Virus record (IMG/VR): IMGVR_UViG_3300035182_002586 | Span: 464,958-528,957 of that record | DNA: 64,000 nucleotides | Strand: one strand, 5' to 3' | Shown here: piece by piece, positions 9,733-21,516 of the stretch | Layout of the letters: every line of letters starts with the position of its first letter | Numbering within the stretch: the stretch's first letter is position 1 | The notes under the pieces: model-generated | The model's input: only the letters and a program-made list of their open reading frames with translations | Told to the model about the DNA's origin: nothing | The model's database searches: none | Made by a program: the position numbers and the translations under genes

Positions 9733-11527
9733 GAACCCCGATGACCAAGGACACCCCCAAGCTCACCTACACCAAAGCGCGGGCGAAAGCCGCAGCGCTC
9801 GACGAGAAGCTCCTCGCGACGGACAAGCGACTCGACGGCAGCGTGATCGTCGTGCACCAGGACGGCTCGATCTTCTACTTCAACCGAGCCTTCGTGCTCC
9901 AGTACCAGGACTTCGCCATTATCCTGACGGAGCACCACGGTCCGCACGTCTACGCGACGTACGACCTCAAAGACATGCGCGCCTTGGGCCCGCGCATGTC
10001 CATCAAGAAGACCCGATGACCGAACCCAAGCCCACCGACCTGCACTATTGGGGTTACGCAGGGAAGCCTACGTTCGGGATCCCCTGCGGCGCGCCATCGA
10101 ACAACCACTCCAAGGTCACGGGCTACGCGAACGACGTCACGTGCCCGGGCTGCCGGGCTGCACTAGACGCCTCGTTCGCTTCCACCGTCACCCGACCCCG
10201 ATGAGCATCAAGAACAAGAGCGGCTTCCTGCCCCCTGAGGACGACCTTCCGCCTTACGCGAAGGACACGCCGTGCTGGGGCTGCGGCAACCTCTTCGACT
10301 TCACCGAGCTACTCGCCAAAGACGAAGGACTCTGCACCAAGTGTGCGAAAACCGTAAGGAAGACTGAGGGCTCGACATGACGACTCAGAGCTACAAGCGA
10401 TGCGGCAAATGTGGGGCTCAGTACATCTACACGGGGAGCGGACACGGCTGTCTGAAGCCCCTGAACAACTCGACCTGGTGCCCCGACTGCACGAGAGTCG
10501 TCAACGCGGCCCTCGCGAACATCCCGAGGAAGTTCGAGGGGCGTTGGACCCCCATCGCCGAAGTGCCACACCTCGCGGGCGTCACCCCGGAGCACATTCG
10601 GGCCTGGGAGGAAGCGGCGCACCGTGAAGCTGAAGAGAGGCAGGCCGCAGGGCAGATCGTGGCCCGTCGCGTCTTCTCGCCCCTCTTCAACCTCCAGACC
10701 GGCGACTCTCAGAACGTGCGAGAGGTCCGTGGCCGCGACGAGTTCCAAGGGCACACGTTCAAGGTCGCCTCTTGGCGTCAAGCGGGAGGAATCGAGATCG
10801 AGGTCAACATGGAGTACGACCTCCAGAACAACCGCTACACCGGACACGAATGGCCCCGCGCGGTCCCAAAGCGCGGATCGGTGTACCCCCGAGAGAGCTG
10901 ACATGAAACTCGACATCCCGATCGTCGTCATCCACCGACCGACCCCGGAGTATTCCAACATCCCGGGCCCCCGTCTCGACTGGACTGCTCGAAGCCTACT
11001 GCCCCTTCCGAGCTTCATGATGGGCGACCCCTTCTGGCAACCGGCAGCCGCAGGGGAGACTCGCGAAGAAGCCGTCAAGCACCTCAGGACCACGATCGAA
11101 CGATGGTCCAAGGAACACCGGGCCGAGCTGGCAACCTTCACGGTGGAGACATGATCGTCAACGTCTCCGCCGGCTCCGTCGAGGGTGAGGTCGTCCCCTT
11201 CCCGATGACGAAAGAACAACGGCATGTCGCCTGTGAGAAGCTGGCCGGAGGCCCTTCCCGTCAAACGGCGGAGTACGACGGAGTGCAGCTCTTCCGGGCT
11301 AACAAGCCTGTCCTGACCCTCGACGGACTGCCAGTCCTACCCGAACCCAAGACTCGCAAGTGTCACGCCTGTGGTTCAACCGTGCCGTCCAAACGAGCCC
11401 CGAAGGTGAAGGCCCGTCGCGCACGCAAGCAGAAGTGGTGGCTCTACTACGGACCCAACCGCCTCTCGGGCGGCTTCCCGACGAAGCAAGAGGCGATGAA
11501 CTGGTACCTCAAGGGCGGGAGGTAGCC

Positions 11528-11785
11528 GTGATCACCCAAGGAAATTACAGACATTTCAAAGGGTCGCTCTACAGAGTCGTCATCATCGGCAAGGACTCTG
11601 AGACCCAAGAACCGACGGTCGTGTACCACAAGTACCCTTACCCCGAGCGACGCGACGAGCGTGGGCTCGTGATGTCCTTCCTCAAGTCACCCGACTGGTG
11701 GATCCGGCCCGCCCGGATGTTCGAGGAAGAAGTCGTCTGGCCTGACGGGATCAAGCGGCCCCGCTTCGTTCGCGAGGGGGACTAG
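11528..11785 (+). CDS. DUF1653 family protein
   Basis: GNYRHFKGSLYRV...DSETQEPTVVY...WIRPARMF...PRF. Confidence 0.85.
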   Translation: MITQGNYRHFKGSLYRVVIIGKDSETQEPTVVYHKYPYPERRDERGLVMSFLKSPDWWIRPARMFEEEVVWPDGIKRPRFVREGD

Positions 11786-12173
11786 TGCGCCACATGTGGG
11801 GTGATACCGAGCTGTGGGGTCGCAAGGCGCTCGCCTGCGAAGCCTGTGGGCTCCACATCGTAGATGCGGACCTCGGAGTCGCCTGGAAGTCGGAGGGTAT
11901 GCTGCACCTTCTTGCTGAGGGCCCCATCCCCGAGGGTGTGCAGCTCGTCCGTTGGCAGGTGAGTAACGTCCTGAACTACGGCTTCAAGGACCGTACGCGC
12001 GAAGAGATCATCGCCTACGCCGAAGACGAGTTCAACCGCGAGTGCTCCGGGGACAAGTCCGCCAGGTGGGAGCCCTACGAGCGCATCGTGATCCCCGTGA
12101 CCGGGCCCACCCGACGCAAGAAGGCAGCGTTCAAGGGACGGGCTACGAAGCGCTGACGGTGTAGATCGTGGGC

Positions 12174-12860
12174 ATGGACCCGCGAGACATCCGAGCCTGG
12201 CTCCGAGACCCCGAGACCAACGGGGGCGACCTCTGGCTCAAAGCCAACGGAGAGGAAGCGATCCGTCTCCTGCTTGGGCGTCTCGACGCCTTCGAGGATC
12301 GAGACGAGACGATCGCGCGCGACTCGGCGGAGCGGAGGGCACGCATGGACGCCTTCATCGCGAAGCTCGAAGAGAACGCGCCGCCCCCTCCGACCCCGGA
12401 GGAGATGGAGAAGACTGCGGAGAGCTTCGCCGAAATGTTCAAGCCGTGCGAGCACTGCGGCAAGTCCGGCATGTCCTGCATCGAGGACGAAAGCTGCCAC
12501 TGCTGCTACGGCTGCATCCGCCTGCGGGACATCCTGCACGCCGTCCTGACCAACCCGAAGAGCGAGACCCTCGCGGCTGCGCGGGCAGCCTACGAGGAGA
12601 GTGACCCCCGCCAGTGGATCGGGTCCGAGATCGCCTACCGGCTCAAGGACCTTGGCGTGGAGGTGGTCCGGAGCCCGTTCCCCGACTTCATCCAGGGCAG
12701 CAAGGGGGACAAGACCTTCGCGGCGCGAGCGGACGGGATCAAGGTCTTCTACTGGATCAACCACGGGGAGGAGAAGCAGGCGGAGTACCTGGTCGACCTG
12801 ATCGACACTCTCGTGGCCGAATTCCAAACCCCTCTGGATGGATCGGCCCCGCCCCCCTGA
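12174..12860 (+). CDS. Hypothetical protein with central Cys cluster
   Basis: ATG 10 nt after GGTGTA (12158); CEHC...CxxxxxCxCCxxC. Confidence 0.6.
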   Translation: MDPRDIRAWLRDPETNGGDLWLKANGEEAIRLLLGRLDAFEDRDETIARDSAERRARMDAFIAKLEENAPPPPTPEEMEKTAESFAEMFKPCEHCGKSGMSCIEDESCHCCYGCIRLRDILHAVLTNPKSETLAAARAAYEESDPRQWIGSEIAYRLKDLGVEVVRSPFPDFIQGSKGDKTFAARADGIKVFYWINHGEEKQAEYLVDLIDTLVAEFQTPLDGSAPPP

Positions 12861-13656
12861 GGTAGTAGGGGCATGAGCAGCACGCCCCTCCCCGAAGTCG
12901 GCCAGAAGATCGCCTACTGCATCGGCAGCGATCGCTACGCGGTCACGATCAAGGACGTTCAGCGCGGGGGCCAGACGGTCATCGTCGAGCTGCGTCAGGG
13001 CCGCAACGTCCACGAGTACGAGTGCACCAAGGGCCGCGACGGCGTGTACCGGGAGAAGGGTCACCGTATCGGGATGCTCGACTTCACGCGCAGCGACGGC
13101 CACCTGTCGCGGGAGTTCTGAGATGGGGGCCAAGCGCGAGAAGCTGAAAGAAGACCTGCGGGAGGCCATCCGCCTCATCCGCATGTTCGTCGACGGGGAG
13201 TACTGCACCTTCCACTACGACCGCAAGGACGGCGAGACGTGCAAGGAAGCACAGTCGCGTAAGCAGGGTGTCCCCATGCCCGGGTGCGACCAATGCCAGG
13301 CCCGCGACTTCCTCAAGAAAATGAAGGACTTCCGATGAAGACGACGATCACCGAGTGGTACGCGCGGGGTGGTGGCATCGCGAAGTCTGGCCCCCACGCG
13401 TCGCAGGCGATGGCTGCGGCCGCGATCATGGGCGTCAACGGCTTCCCCGTGGAAGACGCCTTCATCTGGCCCGTCGAGGTCGAGCGCGAGGTGCTGAGCA
13501 CCTCCGACGAGTACGTCGTGTGGGCCGCCCTCTCCGCCATGGTCGACGACGTGCACTGCGCGCAGGACCAGCTCACCGAAGAGCAGTGGGCGCACGCCAG
13601 CAACCTCTTCCAGCGCCTCACCAAGAAGCTGAACGCCAAGTCGGAGTCGAAGTAGC

Positions 13657-14478
13657 ATGTTCCACACCCTCGCCGCCCACGACGACCTCGAAGCGAAGCG
13701 CGAAGCCCTCGCGGCGAAGCTGCTGCGTCCGGTCTACATCGTCAGCGCGACCTGCAAGAGCAACGGGACGCACTTCAAGCGCCCGCGCAGCATGAAGTAC
13801 GCTCCGATGGGCGCCCTGGAGCTATACCTCTCGACGCTCACCGACGACAACCGCTGCGTCAAGCGCGTGAAGGTCAACGACGACTCGGCCAACGACCACT
13901 ACTACTTTGACCTCCGCGAAGCGGACTTCCTCCACGTCGTCTACCCGATGACGGACCAAGAGAGCACGCTGCCGGGGATTCGCGACGCGTTCAAGTCCGT
14001 GGACCTGACGAGTGGCCTCAGCCCGTGCGAGAACGTCTACCCCTCGTCGGGCGAGCCGATCCCGCCGGAGCTGGAGAAGTATCTCCGCTCGAAGAAGGTC
14101 CGCAGCGGGGTGACGCGCATGGGAATTCTCTTCGCGCGCAGCGAGGCGATCGCCACCCCGAACAAGCTCCACGAGCGCTGGCACCGGGGTCTGAGGGTCG
14201 AGGGGAAGTACGCCCCGCCGTTCGTGACCCTCCAGGCGCCGGGCTGGTACCACGGCAAGCCGATCACCACGGTCGAGAACATCAACCGCTTCGGCCTCCT
14301 CGACACCGACCCGGGCCCCTGCACCGTCTGCCACGGAAAGAGCGGAGATCGCCGTCACATCGCCCCGGTGCAGTCGGCGGGCCCGGACGCCTACCTCGCG
14401 GGTCACCTGTGTCGCACCTGCGCGAAGGACGCCTTCGCGCAGTGGGCCAACCTACTCGACGACGCTACGCCGATCTAG
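13657..14478 (+). CDS. Hypothetical protein
   Basis: 273-aa ORF tightly packed after the upstream stop; C-terminal CxxC...CxxC. Confidence 0.65.
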   Translation: MFHTLAAHDDLEAKREALAAKLLRPVYIVSATCKSNGTHFKRPRSMKYAPMGALELYLSTLTDDNRCVKRVKVNDDSANDHYYFDLREADFLHVVYPMTDQESTLPGIRDAFKSVDLTSGLSPCENVYPSSGEPIPPELEKYLRSKKVRSGVTRMGILFARSEAIATPNKLHERWHRGLRVEGKYAPPFVTLQAPGWYHGKPITTVENINRFGLLDTDPGPCTVCHGKSGDRRHIAPVQSAGPDAYLAGHLCRTCAKDAFAQWANLLDDATPI

Positions 14479-14479
14479 G

Positions 14480-14833
14480 GTGTCGTTCGAGGATACCCTC
14501 ACGGACGACAACCCACTGGCCGACGAGACCATCAGCGAGGGTGAGCTGGAGGTCTACCTGTCCGTGTTCCTCGGCGATCTGTTGACCAAGCTGGACCCCC
14601 GCGAGCGAAACGTCGTCGACCGTAGGTTCACGGACAACCCCGAAACACTCGAAGAGATCGCCAACAGCTTCGGCCTGTCGCGGGAGCGCGTCCGTCAGAT
14701 CGAGGAGCGCTGCCTGAACAAGATCAGGGACGCCATGGCGAAAGGCGGCCACTTGGGCGTCCCGGGGACCTGGCGCATCGGCCTCGACGACTGGCCCGTG
14801 GTCATGGACAAGATGACACTGGTGGGGGAGTGA
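14480..14833 (+). CDS. Stand-alone sigma70 region 3.2/4 HTH protein
   Basis: LTKLDPRERNVVDRRF...TLEEIANSFGLSRERVRQIEERCLNKIR is a canonical sigma70 r4; regions 1-3 are absent. Confidence 0.85.
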   Translation: MSFEDTLTDDNPLADETISEGELEVYLSVFLGDLLTKLDPRERNVVDRRFTDNPETLEEIANSFGLSRERVRQIEERCLNKIRDAMAKGGHLGVPGTWRIGLDDWPVVMDKMTLVGE

Positions 14834-14866
14834 TGGATCGAGCCATCACCGCCTTGTAGTAGACTC

Positions 14867-15166
14867 ATGACGAAGAAATACGTTGGATACTTCGCGCACC
14901 TCTCCGACCTGCCGGTCAAGCGCGGTCAGACGGTGACGATCCCCAAGGGGACTGTGATCCACACGACCGGACCCACGAAGAAGCGGATCGCGAAGCGCAC
15001 CTACAAGATCAAGGTGCACAGCGTCGGCTGTGGCCAGAACCACCCCGAAGGTCACCCCGACCACATCGGTGGCTACTCCGTGCGCAACCCCGACGTCACG
15101 TGGGTCGGCGAGGGCGGCTACTGGTTCTCGGTGGACATCAACGACGTCCCCGAGGCGAACGCCTGA
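14867..15166 (+). CDS. Conserved-looking phage hypothetical protein (VTIPKGT...WVGEGGYW)
   Basis: Follows the class I motif at 14832. Confidence 0.7.
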   Translation: MTKKYVGYFAHLSDLPVKRGQTVTIPKGTVIHTTGPTKKRIAKRTYKIKVHSVGCGQNHPEGHPDHIGGYSVRNPDVTWVGEGGYWFSVDINDVPEANA

Positions 15167-15210
15167 CGATTCCGGATGGATCGGACTCTCCCTCGCGAGG
15201 TAGTAGGGTC

Positions 15211-15567
15211 ATGAGCCGCCAATACGTCCTCGAAATCCGCCGCACGGTGTGGGTCCTTTGGGGCTACGGTCCGAGCGGCGTCGTCGAGCATGTGGAGCCC
15301 GCCTGTACCCTCATCGACGTCGGCGTCGGCGAGCCCCTGGACTTCCCCTTCGAGCTTCCCGAGACCACCGGTACGCTCCCGGCCCCGGTCGAGTACGAGC
15401 GCCGTGAGGGCCTGGCCTGGCGGTTCACGAACCGCGCGGGCAACGACACCGGCTGGAAGCTCGTCGAGAGCGATGAAGCCGCCCTGACGGCCGCACAGGC
15501 GAAGATCGACCAGATGCCTGTCCACGCCCGCACCCACTTCCAGAACGCCCCCGTCGTTCACTCGTGA
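15211..15567 (+). CDS. Hypothetical protein
   Basis: ATG at 15211 after the class I motif at 15175. Confidence 0.65.
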   Translation: MSRQYVLEIRRTVWVLWGYGPSGVVEHVEPACTLIDVGVGEPLDFPFELPETTGTLPAPVEYERREGLAWRFTNRAGNDTGWKLVESDEAALTAAQAKIDQMPVHARTHFQNAPVVHS

Positions 15568-15574
15568 GGATCCC

Positions 15575-15985
15575 ATGGCACGGAAAGCCCCCGAACAGTC
15601 CTTCGCTGCTGCCGCCGCTCCGCCGGCCACGCCACCCGCCCCAACCCTGATGGACAAGCTCCGCGCCAAGGAAGCGGAGTTCAACGCTGCCCGGCAGCGC
15701 GCCGTCGAGGCTGCCAAGGTGGAAGAGGCTGCCAAGCGCGAGCTGGCGACCCTCCAGGCAGAGCAGAAGCGTCAGCGCAACATGGCGTTCGCGAAGATGC
15801 TGGAGAAGGACGACGACCTGATCGACGTTCTGGCTCCCGAGCACTCGCGTACCTCGTGTTCGGACACCGAGTTCGACAACTACTCGCGCGGCTGCACCCG
15901 GTGCGCCCTGCTGCACCTGCATACGCTTTCGGACTACGACGACTTCGAGTTCGAGTTCACCGCCAAGGTCCCGAGGGACTACTGA
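15575..15985 (+). CDS. Hypothetical coiled-coil protein with C-terminal Cys motif
   Basis: RBS GAGGA; Ala/Glu/Lys-rich helix; SCSD...CTRC. Confidence 0.65.
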   Translation: MARKAPEQSFAAAAAPPATPPAPTLMDKLRAKEAEFNAARQRAVEAAKVEEAAKRELATLQAEQKRQRNMAFAKMLEKDDDLIDVLAPEHSRTSCSDTEFDNYSRGCTRCALLHLHTLSDYDDFEFEFTAKVPRDY

Positions 15986-17812
15986 CCATGACCCTCCTCG
16001 AAGAACTTGAAGAGATCCGCAAGAGGCTCCGCGCCATCGAGCCCAAGGACTGCTGCAAGAAGCAGCCGATGGTGGCGGCGGGCAAGACCGAGATGCTCTG
16101 TGGGCCCGACTGCTCCTGGATGCAGCTCGAAACCGCGCTGATGTACGTCATCCTCGACGCTGAGCAGAGAGAGAAGCAGTCGCGCGGTGTATGAACGAGG
16201 GGTGCCGTACCCTCCCCGCAAGTGGATCGAGAAGTGGTCCTACGATCACCCGTGGCAGGCGGCCGTCCTGTTGGTCGTCTGGCTCGGGATCGTCGCCACC
16301 TTCCTCTGGATGCTGATCACCGGACCCTGAGGTCCCCCATGTTCGAGATGCGAAAAGTCCGCGAGCGGGTGATGGCGAAGGCTCGGGTTCTCCGGGAGCC
16401 TGGCGAGGACTTCCTGCACGAGCAGTACTCCACCGAGGTCTACCGAGAGCTGGAAGAGGTGCACAAGAAGGTGACCGTGGCGGGCGAAGCCCTGCGCTCG
16501 ACCCTTCGGTCCATCGTCACCGCCAACATCCCCGGGAAGGGGGTCACCGTCGTCGATGCGGAACGCGTCAACGAGGCCCTGCGCGGCGTCGAAGCCCTCC
16601 TGGCCGAGGTCCGGGGGCTCCGATGAGGGTCCGCCTCTACGTCCGGCTGTACAGCATGTGGTGGCACACGGCGCCATCGAACCCACGCGCCGACAACCTG
16701 TGCCTCTGCATGAACAACCGGTGGTCCCGGATGACCCCCGAGGAGCGAGCCCTCGCTCGGTCGCTGGAGACCCGATGAACAGCGGCAAACACCCCGACGA
16801 CTGTGGATGCTCGACCGGCATCCACGAGGGGATCACCTTCGGGCGGGGTCGCCTCGACTTCAACGGGTTCTGGGAGTTCCCCTGCCGCCCCTGCGCCGTC
16901 GCGTGGGACAAGGCCCACCCGGACGACTCCCACGGGCCAGCATGGCCCTACGACGACGGCCCCTACGAGCCGGTCGACGAAGCTCGATTCCCGTTCTCGC
17001 GCTGAGGAGCCTCATGACCCCGTACCCGAAGGCCGACATATCGTTCGACGAACTCCCCATCACGCGCACGCACCTGCGCATGAAGCTGACGTGGGGGCTA
17101 CCGGTCACGCCGACAACGACGTGCCAGGAGATCATCGCGCAGCACGCTGCCGCGTTCACGCACGCGGATACAATCGCGGACGGCTACGGCAACGCCATCA
17201 TCAGGTCGCAGAAGGAACGGTGCCCCGACGTGACCAGCTCGTTCCGCGAGGAGAGCGCGAGCGTCTCGATGCAGGCAACCAATGGAGAGCTTCTCTTCAC
17301 CGCGACCGTGATCCTCAAGTTCGAGGAGCGTGTGACGATGAAGGACCGTGTTCCCGCGCGGGACTACCTGAAAACGGTCGCCAGCCGCATTATCGAGAGC
17401 ATGTGAGGGTCGGGTGATGGATCGGGGCCGGGTCGCGTTGTACTAGGACCATGACCCCGACCCTCGTTCCGGTTCCCTCGTGCGGCATGTTCGTGACGCT
17501 CGCCGACGACGGCAAGACCATCCTCTGCGCCCCGGAGAACCTCGACGGCACCCCGGACATGGACTCGCTCTGCGAGATGGACATGATCTCGGCCGAAGAC
17601 AGCACGATCGCCGCCGCCAAGGCCGCCCTCGGTCTGGTGTGACCGTGGATCGCATGGACCGTCTCGGGTTCTGCCTCTTCTGCGGGGTCCTCGCGGGTGC
17701 ACTGGCCGTCGTGCTGCCCCAAATGGCCGCGTTCGCCGTGATCGCCCTGCTGGTCACCAAGCTCGTGTGGGAAGGGCTCAAAGCCCACGATCAGATCAAG
17801 CCGTGAGGGAAC

Positions 17813-18670
17813 ATGCCCGCCAAGAAGTCTGAACTCAAGCCGTGGCCCGCTGATGGGTCGTACGTCCCCGCCGAGCAACTCGTCGAGGGCGTCCTCAAGC
17901 TCCTCAGGGACACGTACAAGCTCCAGCGCAAGGGCCGGACGGTCCCTCCCTACGTAGGCTACGGCCTCGGGACGAAGGACCTCGCCGGTCAGCCAAACGT
18001 CGACGAGCAGTTCCAACCGGACATGCTCGCCTACCACCGGGCGCGCGGCCGCGACATCCTGGACATCGCCGCCTACATGCTGCTGAACCTCGGCATCGAG
18101 CAAGGGCGACGGCTTGCCGCCGAAGACAGCCGAAGTGACCTCCGAGATCAAGAGCTGATCGGCTACTGCCGTGGGCTTCTCCAGGGGCTCGACACCTCCG
18201 AGTCGAAGAAGGCCAAGCTCCGCGCGGAGACCGCCAGCACCCTCGACTTCTACAAGACGCGCCGGCCGTCCCTCATGGCCGAAGATCCGACGAAGCTCAA
18301 GCCCTTCCCCGCAGGCGATGTGGTCTTGAACGCCAAGGCTCGACAGAAGATCAAGGTCATCCGGAAGCTCTGGCAGGACCTCAGCGGCGCCAAGACGGCC
18401 GCTCTCCAGGCCGCCAAGGGTGACGACGGAGGCTCCTGCAACTTCGACGCGTGCGCTCTCAAGGGCGGTGCGGATGTCGGCCGCGCCCTCCGACTGGCGG
18501 GCCTCACGAGCCGCTCCGGCTCGGGCCGTCTGTGGCGTGGCTACTGGCTGATCGATCCCCCCCCCCCCGTCAACGGCCAAGCCGCCGTTCGCACGCGGCA
18601 GGCCGAAGCCATGGAGAAGCACCTCAAGGCGCTCAAGTACGAGGTCACCGTCTACTACCAGGCGGACTGA
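17813..18670 (+). CDS. Hypothetical protein (possibly two fused domains)
   Basis: 285-aa ORF with RBS GAGGGG; the stop TGA forms part of the next class I motif. Confidence 0.6.
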   Translation: MPAKKSELKPWPADGSYVPAEQLVEGVLKLLRDTYKLQRKGRTVPPYVGYGLGTKDLAGQPNVDEQFQPDMLAYHRARGRDILDIAAYMLLNLGIEQGRRLAAEDSRSDLRDQELIGYCRGLLQGLDTSESKKAKLRAETASTLDFYKTRRPSLMAEDPTKLKPFPAGDVVLNAKARQKIKVIRKLWQDLSGAKTAALQAAKGDDGGSCNFDACALKGGADVGRALRLAGLTSRSGSGRLWRGYWLIDPPPPVNGQAAVRTRQAEAMEKHLKALKYEVTVYYQAD

Positions 18671-19149
18671 TGGATCGCCGCCACCCTCACACTGTAGAGG
18701 GAGCATGACCACGACCGACGAGAACCCCGACTTCGTGTGCTTCGGTGACGTGTGCCGCAAGCGTATCGGCATCCAGTGCCAGTACAGCCGCCACTACCTC
18801 CGAGAGCCCGGGATCGGCGAAGGCATCCGCTGGCAGGGCCGGTTCGAGGATTACCACGGGCTCACGATCCACAAGGACGACGTGGAGCTGTTCGTCGAAC
18901 GCGCAATCGCGTGGCGCAGGAAGATGGGGATCATCGCATGAGCAAGCACTTCGACCACTGCAACGCCAACGGCCTGGTGGACGGGAGGATCCCGGTGGGC
19001 AAGCCCTGCCCCTTCCTCGCCAAGTGCCCGATGGCAAGCGAACGTTGCCCCGGCTTCGAGGGGCAGCTCAAGCCCGTCGCCTACTCGTGCGCCGCCGCGC
19101 GAGGCTTCTCCATCTGCATGGAACCCAAGGATCCGGTGTAAAAAGAACC

Positions 19150-19587
19150 ATGACCCTCCAGACCAGCATCGACCGCCTCACGGCGATGTTCACGGCCGCC
19201 CTCCTGAACGCCATCCGAGAGACCGTCTCCAACACCTCCCTCATCGGCCTCGCGGCCATGACCGAGCCGCGACGACCCGGCCGCCCGCCCCGGTGGAAGA
19301 CTGAGGCCCTGCGCACCTTCGAGAAGACCACGGCGGTCGCCGCCGCCCCCAAGATCAAGAGGGCTCCCAAGGCCAAGCCCGTGAAGACGGAGACGGTCGA
19401 GGCGTTCACCCCGCCACCGGCTCCCAAGGCCAAGCCCGTGCCCATCGTCGGGATCGTCAAGGGCAGCCTTGTCATCACCGAGAAGGACGGCCGATTCTCC
19501 ATGAAGCTGAACGGCAAGCAGTACGGCGCGTCCCGCCGTCGCGACCTCGTGCGCCAGGCGCGCCGGATCGGCGTCGCCCTGGTGTAG
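19150..19587 (+). CDS. Basic AT-hook-containing putative DNA-binding protein
   Basis: RRPGRPPR AT-hook, repeated APKAKPV; GGTGTA at 19135. Confidence 0.55.
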   Translation: MTLQTSIDRLTAMFTAALLNAIRETVSNTSLIGLAAMTEPRRPGRPPRWKTEALRTFEKTTAVAAAPKIKRAPKAKPVKTETVEAFTPPPAPKAKPVPIVGIVKGSLVITEKDGRFSMKLNGKQYGASRRRDLVRQARRIGVALV

Positions 19588-19818
19588 AAGACGGGGCATG
19601 AACCACTCGAAGTTCTCCCTCGCCCTGGAAGCATTCGCCATTCGGGGCGACAGGAAGCCCGTGCTCTCCCTCACCCCGAGCGAGATCCCCCCGAAGTTCT
19701 ACCCGACCGTCATCAGACTGCGCGCGTGGCCTCTCATCGAACCGAGTGTCCGGTTCACCGAGACCCGGCGCATCATGGAGCACCTCGCAACCGTAGGCGC
19801 GTGCCGCCAGGCCGCCTG

Positions 19819-20070
19819 ATGTCCCTGGAAGTTCTCCGCGAGGAGAACCCTGAGGCTCTCCTCGCGGACGGGTTTGAGGATGCGTTCCTCGGCATCTGCC
19901 GGCGTTATGGGCAGCCCGCTCTGGCTGCCTATGACCGCGCCAAGTGCATCAACATCCTCATGGTCCGCGACGGCATGACCGAAGATGCCGCTGAGGAGTT
20001 CTTCGAGTACAACGTCATCGGTGCGTGGGTGGGAGAAGGAACTCCCGTCTTCATCGAGGTCGCCCCATGA
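19819..20070 (+). CDS. Widespread-type phage hypothetical protein (ADGFEDA...YD..KC...GAWVGEGTPVF)
   Basis: Recognisable motif pattern; TGATG overlap. Confidence 0.7.
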   Translation: MSLEVLREENPEALLADGFEDAFLGICRRYGQPALAAYDRAKCINILMVRDGMTEDAAEEFFEYNVIGAWVGEGTPVFIEVAP

Positions 20071-21516
20071 GCCACTGGGATACGTGCGAACACTGCCGAG
20101 CGAACTTCCAAGAACCGCCCGGCGTCGTGCACATCTACGGGCAGCATAGCTGGCACGGGGAAGCGTATATCGTCGCGGACGAGAAGGGTCTCACCCTTGT
20201 CCGCGACGCCATCAACCGGGCCCTCGCCGAAGGCCAGGCCCACGTGGGGCTCTCCCCCGCCGATGGGGAGGGCTTCCTCCTCTACGTCGTCAAGCACGAC
20301 ACCGAGCGGATGGACAAGCTCACGCTGCCGTACCCCGAGCACCCGGGGTCGGAGAAGACCCACCGCCCCCCGTACAGCATCGTCAAGGAACCCACGGACG
20401 GGGTAGAGGACGAGATCCTCGGGGACGACGAGTGGTTCGAGTTCATGCGCAGAACGGGGATGATCGAATGAGCACCGAAGACACCAAGGCCCTGATCGCC
20501 CGCCTGCGGGAGCTGCGGGCGAAGACGCCACAGGGCACGTGGATGACGTACTCCGAGGAAGGCCCCTACCAGGGCACGACCCGACAGACGCACTCCGTCT
20601 GCATCTACGACCCGACCTTCAATCACGACGAAGACCACGTGTGCGTCACCACGGGCGTCGGAGACGACGAAGAGCAGGCACGCAACGTCGCGATCTTCAT
20701 CGCCGAAGCCCACACCGCGCTCCCCCGCCTCCTCGACGAGCTGGAAGCGGCACTGGCGGGCAAGTGACGAGGAACAGCTTCGACGTGCTATCCCGTCCCA
20801 TGGGCGGGCTCAAGGTGCTGTTCGCCAAGTGCAGTGATGGGGTCGTCCACGCCTTCGGCCTGAACGGGGACAAGGTGGAGGCCACGCCTGCGTGCAACGC
20901 CGAGGTCGGGAGCAAGCGCGTCCCCGCCACCGATGCTGACCCCGCCTGCGAGAGCTGCGGGGCTGCTGCCGAAGCGTGGGCTCAAGGCGCGCCCCTCCGG
21001 ATGATCCAAACCTGATGGATCGCCCCTAACCACACGAGGTAGAGGGATCATGCCGACTGCCACCGTGTGCGCGAATGACCGTGGGGAACGGTACGTCGAG
21101 GCCGAGTGCAGCGGCTACACCTTCCAGTACAGGTCCGACGAGCTTCCCTCCGAAGGCACGGAGGTCGAGGTCGAGACCTACATGGGCATCGGGGACGTGT
21201 ACTGCGCCGACATCACCTGGACCGACTTCGAGAGCCGCTACCACATCACCGCGACCGGCTGGTGAGCGGCTTCGCGCAGAACGCGCACGCCCCGTCCTTG
21301 ACGTAGCTCCCGTGCCCGTCCAGACGCCCGTTAGGCGTGATGCAGGATACGAGGTCCCACTCCCCACGGGCCACGAGGTTCGCAGCAGCGATCACCGCCG
21401 TCATGCTCCCCTCGGCCACCACCTGGAGTTCCCTCAAAGGCTGGTGTTTGGGCTCCGGCGCGCGGCACAGACTCGCTCGACCACCACCCAAGTCGATCAC
21501 CACGTACGGCTTCATC

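Noticed and set aside
16222-17655. GTGGATCG matches at about 16222 and about 17645 as class I motifs
   Set aside because: They lack the GAT prefix and the GTAG box at 24-25 nt, and they fall inside or at the start of coding sequence
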